Of a stretch of DNA of 64,000 bases, positions 1 through 7,976 are shown piece by piece. The notes under the pieces are model-generated. The model made no database searches and was not told the origin of the DNA. It was given only the letters and a program-made list of their open reading frames with translations. Location of the stretch: the NCBI GenBank assembly GCA_041662965.1, contig JBAZRI010000001.1, positions 35,680 through 99,679 of the forward strand. Direction: 5' to 3'. This DNA is from Patescibacteria group bacterium. Lineage in GTDB: Bacteria > Patescibacteriota > Patescibacteriia > Patescibacteriales > GWC2-42-12. The position numbers and the translations under genes were made by a program. How positions within the stretch are numbered: position 1 is the first letter of the stretch; each line of letters starts with the position of its first letter.

Positions 1-1
1 C

Positions 2-2827
2 GGTAAAAAAGTTCAGGTGGAAAACGCCGGCGAAAAGCATATTTACCGCGACGCCTATCTCAATACCGACGTCGCTCATACCGAATATAGCTTTAAGATT
101 AAGGAAGAGATGATTTTTAAGCGGCCGGGACATCCGATTAAATTTCAATACCGCATCGGCAATATAGATAAATATTATGTGGAAAAAGATAAGGGCAACT
201 TGATTTTTTATAATAAGGAATCATACGGTGAACAGCCGGGTGCCAAAGAACTAAGCCGAGTTTTCACGATTCCCGCCCCGTTCGTTGAAGATAGCCGGCA
301 TTATCGGCGGTTTGACGTCTTAGACATGGAGGTTGAGGGCGATTTATTAATCATCTCCGTGCGCGAAGATTATTTTAAAGACGCCAAATACCCGATTACC
401 CTAGACCCGACCGTAGAAATTAATATTTTAAACCTTTATTCCCATCCGCAACAAGGCGATAATTGGGAAGTGGAATTCACTACCAAGGGCCAAGCTGATT
501 TAAAAATTATCCCCGAAGATCAGGCGACGATTGCTGATGATGAATTCACGAGTTTAGCTTGCGACGGCGAGGAAAAAATTCCGGAAATTTTAACCGGTGA
601 TATTATTTATTATAAAAACTGGCAATGCGCCGGCACGGGCAAAGTAATCCACCGGACTTTAAAAGCCGATAAGCATACTTTAAGGTTTGAGTTCGGCGAT
701 CCGGCCAATCCCGATGATCTGATTACGGTCTGGGCGTATAATTCAGGCGAATCTTGGTATAACGCTAATTGGGGCTATCGAATTAAAATTACGGTTGCTA
801 ATACCGAAGTTGACGCGGATCTAACCGATTTTCCCATTTATGTTAATTTAGACGACTTGCCGGACGATACTTTTTGGGCGCATGTAAAAACCGCTTGCGC
901 GGATGTTAGAATTACCAAAGCGGACGGCCTGGTTGAACTGCCCAGAGAAATCGTCGCCTGCGACACGAGCGCGAAAACCGGAGAAATGCATTTTCAAGCC
1001 GATGCTCTAGCTAATTCAACCGATACGGATTTTTATATTTATTACGGCAATGCCAGCGCCGCCGAGCCGGCGGCCGATAGCGATTACGGCTCGCAGGCGG
1101 TTTGGGACGATGGCGGCAGCGGTTATTACCAAGGGGTTTGGCATCTGCCCAACGGAACATCTTTAACCGCCAATGATTCAACCAGCAACGCGAAAAACGG
1201 AACCATAACCGGATCAGCGGCAATAGCCGGGCAAATGGACGGAGGCGCTAATTTTCCAAATTCTACAGATAGAATAACTATCTCCAGCATTTCTCTGGCC
1301 AGCGGAGTATACACTATCAGCACCTGGTTTAAAACGCCCTTTCCGACAACCAATTATACCACGCTGACCAGAGGAAATAATGATCACCAAGTTTTAACGC
1401 AAGTAACCACCAGATTGCTCGGAGCCTATGATAACGCCGGCGGGACTAATTTTCACAGTTCGGGTTTTGACGTCAGTACGCTTAGCAACGGCTGGCATTA
1501 TTTAACAGCGGAAACTTCGGGCACAAATACCGTCTTTTATATTGACGGCGGTTCGGTGGGAACGGCCGATTGGCGTTCAACCGCGGATATAATTTCTTTA
1601 GGAAATTATCAGGGAGGCGGCCAGCAATGGGGCTATACCGATGAATTAAGAATTTCTACCGGCATCGCCCGCGCCACCGGCTGGATTACCACCGAATATA
1701 ATAACCAGAGTTCGCCGGCAACCTTTTATAATCTTACCGCGGAAGAAGCTTCCGGCATTGAGCCGCCGCCGGCGACCGAAAGCCCCTTAGGCTACCGCAA
1801 ATCGCATACTATCAACGCGGCCGCTGGCGCGGGCACTGATTATCAAGTAAAGATAACCGCTTATTACGGCTCGGGCACGGATAGCGCGGGAAATGTTTAT
1901 CTTAGCGGCCACGGCCGGACGGATTTCGCGGACGTTAGATTTTACGCCAGCGACGGCACGACCGCCCTGGACTACTGGACGCAATTAATAACCGACAGCG
2001 AAAGCGCGATTTTTTGGGTGAAAGTGGCGGCCGATTTAAGCACAGTCAGCCAGAATATCTATATTTATTATGGCAACGAAAGCAATACCACCACTACTTC
2101 CAATGGCCCAAATACTTTTTTGTTTTTTGATGATTTCAGCGGATCCGCGGTTGACGCCACGAAGTGGGACGAAGTAAATACCGGCGCCGGAACCGTTAAC
2201 GTCAGCGGAGGGTCAGTTACGATCAACTCGGGCGGAGATTGGTGGGGCACGGCCGATACTTCCCGCTACTTAGTTTCAAAATCAAGCATGGGAACGAGCT
2301 ATGCTACCGAAGCTTATGTCAAGCAAGACGGGACTTTAGACGGATACAATCGTTTTTACGGCGTGCGTTCAGGCTCGGCGACGAACGCCAAAACATTCGT
2401 GCTTTTAGGCGACGGCAACCATTCTCATATAACTAACGTTTATAGGGATACGGCCGGCGGTTCGGCCAATTGGTATGGCGAAGATTCGGGCGTGGCCGAT
2501 CCCGGAGTGAATAAAATCGCGCGCTTTGAAGTAATCGGCGATACGGTGAACGCCTACTATAATAATTCTTTAGCCAATGCCAGAACCGTCTCCGGCTGGG
2601 ATTTAGGCTATATTGGCCTGACCGACACCAACAATGCCTCTTACGGAGCCGAGTTTGACTGGGTGTTTGCCCGTAAATTCATAGCTACCGAACCGGCGCA
2701 TGGCGCTTGGGGGGAAGAAGAAGCGCTTAGCGTGCCGACTCCGCCCAACCCCCAGGGCGTAAGCGTCCAAGCCGATACGGTTTTTAAAGCCAATATGATT
2801 TTTAAAGCCGGGGAGCCGGTAGAGTAA
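2..2827 (+). CDS. Large surface/secreted protein, 5'-partial: paralogous N-terminal module, two DUF2341-like domains, LamG/ConA-like domains, conserved C-terminal tail
   Basis: The frame is open to the window edge. GKKVQVENAGEKHIYRDAYLNTD aligns with internal residues (~85-110) of the 4838 paralogue, so the true N-terminus lies upstream. The W.YR.KIT...DFYIYYGN motif occurs twice, and LamG-like 'ELRIS...EYNNQ' is present. Confidence 0.8.
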   Translation, partial: GKKVQVENAGEKHIYRDAYLNTDVAHTEYSFKIKEEMIFKRPGHPIKFQYRIGNIDKYYVEKDKGNLIFYNKESYGEQPGAKELSRVFTIPAPFVEDSRHYRRFDVLDMEVEGDLLIISVREDYFKDAKYPITLDPTVEINILNLYSHPQQGDNWEVEFTTKGQADLKIIPEDQATIADDEFTSLACDGEEKIPEILTGDIIYYKNWQCAGTGKVIHRTLKADKHTLRFEFGDPANPDDLITVWAYNSGESWYNANWGYRIKITVANTEVDADLTDFPIYVNLDDLPDDTFWAHVKTACADVRITKADGLVELPREIVACDTSAKTGEMHFQADALANSTDTDFYIYYGNASAAEPAADSDYGSQAVWDDGGSGYYQGVWHLPNGTSLTANDSTSNAKNGTITGSAAIAGQMDGGANFPNSTDRITISSISLASGVYTISTWFKTPFPTTNYTTLTRGNNDHQVLTQVTTRLLGAYDNAGGTNFHSSGFDVSTLSNGWHYLTAETSGTNTVFYIDGGSVGTADWRSTADIISLGNYQGGGQQWGYTDELRISTGIARATGWITTEYNNQSSPATFYNLTAEEASGIEPPPATESPLGYRKSHTINAAAGAGTDYQVKITAYYGSGTDSAGNVYLSGHGRTDFADVRFYASDGTTALDYWTQLITDSESAIFWVKVAADLSTVSQNIYIYYGNESNTTTTSNGPNTFLFFDDFSGSAVDATKWDEVNTGAGTVNVSGGSVTINSGGDWWGTADTSRYLVSKSSMGTSYATEAYVKQDGTLDGYNRFYGVRSGSATNAKTFVLLGDGNHSHITNVYRDTAGGSANWYGEDSGVADPGVNKIARFEVIGDTVNAYYNNSLANARTVSGWDLGYIGLTDTNNASYGAEFDWVFARKFIATEPAHGAWGEEEALSVPTPPNPQGVSVQADTVFKANMIFKAGEPVE

Positions 2828-2840
2828 TAAGTTTTCAATT

Positions 2841-2911
2841 GTTTTAGGAATCCGATTCCTTCGGAGGAATCGGATTCCTTCCGCCGCATACGGCCTTCTC
2901 GCAATGACAAA
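2841..2911. repeat. LamG-upstream module, short copy (hairpin H1 + ctcgcaatgac)
   Basis: gttttAGGAATCCGATTCCTtcggAGGAATCGGATTCCTtccgccgcatacggccttctcgcaatgacaaa. Confidence 0.85.
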
Positions 2912-2929
2912 TTGGGTTAAATTAAAAGC

Positions 2930-4615
2930 ATGCTAAAATATTCAACAAAAATAATTATAATAGGAATTCTGGCGGTGATTTCGCTCACCGGCGGACTGCT
3001 GTATTTTAATTTCAGTAAAACCGCCGGCGATCCGGTTCAGGTTTTTAAAGATATTACCGAAACTAATATCGGCCTAAGCGTCCCGCCGCTAAAAATTTCC
3101 GATTTAAATATTAGTTTTCCTTTTACGGACGATAATCAAGGCGAGACGCTGATTATTAAGTCGGATAAAAAAACTTACTCTGATTTTAACGGCTCGGAGG
3201 TTTATCTAAGCGTGACCAACATCGGCGATCAAGAAGAAAACGCCGTTTTTCTGGCCTACTTTTCCAGATTTAACGGCGAGGTAGAGAATATTCAAAAATG
3301 GGACGGGGGAAAGTGGCAGGACCTGGATGTTTCGCGCGGCAATATTATAATCAATGATACTATTTTAAGCCGGGCTTTAGCCAAAAGAAAACCGATTCCC
3401 GCCGGCCTGGAGGTTAAAGGCGGCGCCAGATTCGCGGTTCTGCCAGGAGAGACTAATTATTTCCGCGCGGAGATTAAATATTATCCGGGGAGTAAAGGCG
3501 AATTTTGGCTGGAAGCTTTAGGTGACCGGGGCGGTTATGGTTTGCTTGATCCATGGTATAATTCTTCTTGGACCTACCGTAAACCACATACTATTAACGC
3601 GGCTACCGGCGCGGGTACGAATTATCAGGTTAAAATAACCGCGCATTATGGTTCGGGTTCGGACAGCGGCGGCGACGTTTATTTAGACAGCCACAGCCGG
3701 ACTGATTTCGCCGACATTATGTTTACCGCCAGCGACGGTTCAACTCTTTTGGATTATTGGCAGGAATCAAAGACCGACAGCGACAACGCGGTTTTCTGGG
3801 TGCAGGTGGCGGCCGACTTAAGCACCGAAAACCAGGATATTTATATTTACTACGGCAACGCCGGCCAATCAACCAGCGCCTCCAACGGCTCAAACACTTT
3901 TTTATTTTTTGATGATTTTTCCGGCGATTTAAGCAAATGGACTATCGACGCGGAGAACACGGATAAAATAACCATAGTCAGCGGCGCCCTGCGCCATGAC
4001 CCGGACAGCACGCAGACCAAGAATTCTTATTTTGATACCCGCTGTTATGTCACGACTTTATCGCTGACCGATTTTTCCCTTAATTACCGAACATATTTGG
4101 GCGGCGGCGCTAACAGGAAAATCCATCAGATGGGCTGGCGGACGGACGGCTTAACTTTTAATTCCGGCTATGCCTGGCGCAACCAAAATTCGGCGTCAGA
4201 CGGCGGTTTTTTTAGATTCGCTTCCGGAGCTTGGACCTCAATCGGCACGGTTTACGGGCCGGTAGCCGCCGACACTTGGTATGCCATGAAAGTCAACGCC
4301 GTCGGCTCTAGCATGGAAGCTTTTATTAACGGCGCTTCAGTCAGAACCGTTACCGATGCCACGACGGCCGGCGGCAGCTTAACTTCCCATGTTCACGGGG
4401 TCAGCCTAGGGGCTAGCGATTATGTTTTGGTTGACGATGTTTATGTCCGCAAATTAGTAGCGACCGAGCCGGCGAATAGCGTTTGGGGCGGCGAAGAAAC
4501 CGCTCCCGCGCCGGAAACGCCGGCCGCCGCGCCCAACCCCCAAGGCGTTAATATCCAGACCGATACGGTTTTTAAAGGCAATATGATTTTTAAAGCCGGC
4601 GCGCCGGTAGAGTAA
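2930..4615 (+). CDS. Membrane-anchored surface protein with a DUF2341-like domain, a ConA/LamG-like domain and the conserved C-terminal tail
   Basis: N-terminal TM helix (IIIIGILAVISLTGGLLYF). WTYRKPHTINAATGAGTNYQVKIT...IYIYYGN is near-identical to the second DUF2341 copy of ORF 2..2827. The C-terminus is PNPQGVNIQTDTVFKGNMIFKAGAPVE. Confidence 0.75.
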   Translation: MLKYSTKIIIIGILAVISLTGGLLYFNFSKTAGDPVQVFKDITETNIGLSVPPLKISDLNISFPFTDDNQGETLIIKSDKKTYSDFNGSEVYLSVTNIGDQEENAVFLAYFSRFNGEVENIQKWDGGKWQDLDVSRGNIIINDTILSRALAKRKPIPAGLEVKGGARFAVLPGETNYFRAEIKYYPGSKGEFWLEALGDRGGYGLLDPWYNSSWTYRKPHTINAATGAGTNYQVKITAHYGSGSDSGGDVYLDSHSRTDFADIMFTASDGSTLLDYWQESKTDSDNAVFWVQVAADLSTENQDIYIYYGNAGQSTSASNGSNTFLFFDDFSGDLSKWTIDAENTDKITIVSGALRHDPDSTQTKNSYFDTRCYVTTLSLTDFSLNYRTYLGGGANRKIHQMGWRTDGLTFNSGYAWRNQNSASDGGFFRFASGAWTSIGTVYGPVAADTWYAMKVNAVGSSMEAFINGASVRTVTDATTAGGSLTSHVHGVSLGASDYVLVDDVYVRKLVATEPANSVWGGEETAPAPETPAAAPNPQGVNIQTDTVFKGNMIFKAGAPVE

Positions 4616-4632
4616 TAAGTTTTCAATTAATA

Positions 4633-4830
4633 TGTCATTGCGAGCGTAGCGAAGCCTGCCTACCGGTAGGCAGGCAATCTCACGGACAATTTTACAGAAT
4701 AAACCTTTATCGCAGGAACAATCTATAAATGTTTTAGGAATCCGATTCCTTCGGAGGAATCGGATTCCTTCCGCCGCATACGGCCTTCTCGCAATGACAA
4801 ACAGCAAGATAGTCGCTCGCAATGACAAAT
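4633..4830. repeat. LamG-upstream module, full copy
   Basis: The order is gtcattgcgag, the palindrome gcctgcctaccggtaggcaggc, acaattttacagaataaacctttatcgcaggaacaatctataaat, H1 (4736-4769), ccgccgcatacggccttctcgcaatgac, and a second ctcgcaatgac. Confidence 0.85.
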
Positions 4831-4837
4831 AATTAGT

Positions 4838-7024
4838 ATGAAAAAAACAGCTAGAACTAAAAAAAGAGTTAACTCAAAAAAAAGGGTAAATCTAGGAAAA
4901 TATATAATCAGCCTGGCTGTTTTCGCCTTGGTTATCTCCGGTTTTTATTGGTTTTTTAACCGTGATTACCGCGACCCGCGGGTTTTAGGCGCCATGGAAA
5001 AGTTATTGCCAAGCATTAGCAAAAATATTCCCGAAATTTACACCCAAGCCGTTGAAGTGAGCTTCGGCGATAAAACGCTGGGCTTACAACCGCTGGCCGG
5101 CGAGCCGGTAAAAGTTAAGCGCCAAGACGTCCGCAGTATTTATGAAGAAGCTTATAAAAATACCGACGTTATTCAGACCGAATACCCTTATAAATTAAAA
5201 GAAGAGCTGGTTTTTTCAGCGCCCGGCCATCCTTTGATTTTTAAATATAACATTAAAAATTATCAAGATTTTATCATTGAAATAGACCGGGAAGGCAATG
5301 TTATTTTTTACGATAAAGAAAATTATAACACAGGTAAAGACTTGGCGAAAGTTTTTACCATTCCCACTCCGTTTATAGAAGATAAAGTCGGCCAGCGCTC
5401 TTTTTCCGCGGTAACTACGACGGTCGCCGGCGGATTATTAACGATCGCGATTGATGAAAACTGGCTCGTAAAAGCAAAATACCCCATCACCCTAGACCCG
5501 ACCGTGGAAATCAATATTTTAAACCTTTACTCTCATCCGCAACAAGGCGATAACTGGGAAGTGGAATTCACCACCAAAGGCACGGCTGATTTAAAAATTA
5601 TTCCCGAAGACCAGGCCACGATTGACGACGATGAATTTATTTCTCTTAGCTGCAACGGGGAAACAAGAATTCCCCAGATTCTGGCCGGGGATATAATTTA
5701 TTATCCAAACTGGCAATGCTTGCCTCGCCAAAGCGGAGCGCCGGCGGGCGCCGGCGTCGGCAAAGTCGTGCACCGGACGTTAAAAGCCGGCAAGCATACT
5801 TTAAGGTTTGAGTTTGGCGATTCAGCCAAGCCCGAAGAGCTGATTACGGTTTGGGCGTATAATGATCCGGGAGATCCATGGTATAATTCCGCTTGGGGCT
5901 ACAGAATAAAAATTACCGCTCTTAACGCCAAAGTTGACGCTGATCTGGAAAATTTCCCGGTTTACGTTAATTTAGACGATTTGCCGGACGCGACTTTTTG
6001 GGCGCATGTTAAAACCGCTTGCGCCGACGTCAGAATCACCAAGACTGACGGAACAGCTGAACTGCCCAGAGAAATCGTCTCTTGCGATACGAGCGCGAAA
6101 ACCGGAGAAATGCATTTTAAGGCCGATGCTCTAGCCGACTCAACCGACACTGATTTTTATATTTATTACGGCAACGCGGACGCCACCGAACCGGTGGCTA
6201 ACGCGGTTTATGGTCCGCAGAATGTTTGGACCAACAGCTATCAGGCGGTTTATCATTTGCAACAAGATCCCAGCGGCAACGGCGCGGATGCCATTAAAGA
6301 CAGCACCGCGAATGCCTATCATGCCACTCCGTCCGGCTCTCCGGTAAATGGCGCGGGTAAACTGACCGGCAACGGCGTTGTTTTCGGGGGAGATAATGAT
6401 CAATTAATAGATGCTGACCAATTATGGCCTAATGCTAATAACAATATTACGATTTCCATGTGGAATAATGAGGCCTCGGCGGATGGCGGGCAAAATTCAT
6501 CAATTGTTTGGTATACGAATTCCGGCAATGAAAGAATCGGCGCGCACGCGCCTTGGTCAAATGTTACGTATTGGGATTTTGGAACTTGCTGTACCGATAG
6601 CCGCATCTCCGGCGATTATACTCCTTATGATGATAAATATTCGCTTTTGCATTATGTTTCCAACGGCAGCGCCAATAAAATTATTTATATAGACGGAGTT
6701 TCGCGCTATAGCAATATGTCAGCCGCGGATAATCCGGGCGTTGATTTAGTCGGACTTGGCATCGGTTCAGGCATTAATCAAATGTGGCATAAGGGAACCG
6801 TGGATGAAGTTAGAATAGCGACTACTACCAGAGCGTCTACCTGGATTTCCACCGAATACAACAACCAAAATTCACCGGCAACTTTTTATGGCTTAGATAC
6901 TGAAGAAGCGGCGCCGGCGACGGAAACGCCGGCCGCCGCGGTTAATCCCCAAGGCATCAATATCCAGACCGATACGGTTTTTAAAGCCAATATGATTTTT
7001 AAAACCGGGGAGCCGGTGGAGTAG
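4838..7024 (+). CDS. Membrane-anchored surface protein: shared N-terminal module, DUF2341-like domain, LamG domain, conserved C-terminal tail
   Basis: Lys-rich N-region plus TM helix. Residues ~100-330 are paralogous to 2..2827 and 16799..20095. WGYRIKITALN...DFYIYYGN is present. The C-terminus is NPQGINIQTDTVFKANMIFKTGEPVE. Confidence 0.8.
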   Translation: MKKTARTKKRVNSKKRVNLGKYIISLAVFALVISGFYWFFNRDYRDPRVLGAMEKLLPSISKNIPEIYTQAVEVSFGDKTLGLQPLAGEPVKVKRQDVRSIYEEAYKNTDVIQTEYPYKLKEELVFSAPGHPLIFKYNIKNYQDFIIEIDREGNVIFYDKENYNTGKDLAKVFTIPTPFIEDKVGQRSFSAVTTTVAGGLLTIAIDENWLVKAKYPITLDPTVEINILNLYSHPQQGDNWEVEFTTKGTADLKIIPEDQATIDDDEFISLSCNGETRIPQILAGDIIYYPNWQCLPRQSGAPAGAGVGKVVHRTLKAGKHTLRFEFGDSAKPEELITVWAYNDPGDPWYNSAWGYRIKITALNAKVDADLENFPVYVNLDDLPDATFWAHVKTACADVRITKTDGTAELPREIVSCDTSAKTGEMHFKADALADSTDTDFYIYYGNADATEPVANAVYGPQNVWTNSYQAVYHLQQDPSGNGADAIKDSTANAYHATPSGSPVNGAGKLTGNGVVFGGDNDQLIDADQLWPNANNNITISMWNNEASADGGQNSSIVWYTNSGNERIGAHAPWSNVTYWDFGTCCTDSRISGDYTPYDDKYSLLHYVSNGSANKIIYIDGVSRYSNMSAADNPGVDLVGLGIGSGINQMWHKGTVDEVRIATTTRASTWISTEYNNQNSPATFYGLDTEEAAPATETPAAAVNPQGINIQTDTVFKANMIFKTGEPVE

Positions 7025-7056
7025 AATAAAAGTTGAAAGTTATAAAGTTAAAAGTT

Positions 7057-7656
7057 ATGACAATAAATAACCAGAAAATTTACGCCTATGTTGACGAAAC
7101 CGGGCAAGACGCGGGATCGGAATTTTTTATTGTGGTAACGGTAACAAGCGATAAAGATCAGCAGTTTTTGCGAGACGCGCTGGTAAACATAGAATTATTA
7201 GCGGGCACCGGCCGTTTAAAATGGCATAAATCCCGCCATGAGCGAAGAATGAAATATTTAGAAATGGTATTGCGAAAAAGAATCGGACAGGGAGAGGTAT
7301 TTTTTGGAAAATATAAAAAACCGCTGCCTTATTTTTTCCCCATGCTGGAAACCATAAAACAAGCGATTATTAAAAAGGCGGCCGGAGATTACCGCGCTAT
7401 TGTTACTGTTGACGGCATTGATAAAAAGAAAGCCGCGGAACTTACTAACGCTTTGAGAATTGGCGGATTAAAATTGAAAACGGTCCGCGGCAAAAGAGAC
7501 GAGAGCGAACCGTTGATCCGCTTGGCCGATATGTGGGCGGGGTGCATTCGGGACGCGTTTTTTACCGGAGGACAGGCGAAAATATTTTACGAGCAAGCGA
7601 CGCAAACCGGATATTTGATTAAAATTGATCAAAACAAAAACCCCTTACGGGGTTAG
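7057..7656 (+). CDS. Hypothetical protein, possibly DUF3800-like
   Basis: The N-terminus IYAYVDETGQD...FFIVVTV resembles the 'xxxDESG' start of DUF3800 proteins (from memory, not searched). The ATG at 7057 is preferred over the TTG at 7033. A hairpin aaccccttacggggtt lies at the 3' end. Confidence 0.35.
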   Translation: MTINNQKIYAYVDETGQDAGSEFFIVVTVTSDKDQQFLRDALVNIELLAGTGRLKWHKSRHERRMKYLEMVLRKRIGQGEVFFGKYKKPLPYFFPMLETIKQAIIKKAAGDYRAIVTVDGIDKKKAAELTNALRIGGLKLKTVRGKRDESEPLIRLADMWAGCIRDAFFTGGQAKIFYEQATQTGYLIKIDQNKNPLRG

Positions 7657-7781
7657 AGTTAGAGTATCTCGGCTATTCCCGATAAATCGGGACCAATCTC
7701 TGCCATACGGACAGGCCTTCGCCGAGGCTTATTATCAATATAGCATATTAAAACAGTTTGTCAAGAGTAATAAAGGGTATT

Positions 7782-7969
7782 GTCGTTGCGAGCCGACAGT
7801 AGTCGGCGCGGTAATCCCACTGACAATTTTACAGAATAAACCTTTATCGCGGGAACAATCTATAAATTTAACAAATAGTTCGTGAGATTGCCGCGCTCCC
7901 TCCGGTCGCTCGCAATGACAAAAAAGAGATTGCTTCGTCGGCCGAGTACGGCCTTCTCCCAATGACAAA
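7782..7969. repeat. LamG-upstream module, copy lacking H1 at the usual position
   Basis: gtcgttgcgag...acaattttacagaataaacctttatcgcgggaacaatctataaat...ctcgcaatgac...tacggccttctcccaatgac. H1 is found instead at 8021..8054, inside the CDS. Confidence 0.8.
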
Positions 7970-7976
7970 TTAAAAT

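Noticed and set aside
4454-4828. ORFs translating the repeat modules (4454..4828-, 2641..2910-, 7735..7968-, 16582..16884-, 7625..7885+), which share peptides such as GIRFLRRNRIPKTFIDCS.
   Set aside because: The shared peptides are simply translations of the conserved palindromic DNA modules. These ORFs overlap real gene ends or leaders and lack start contexts. They are treated as spurious.
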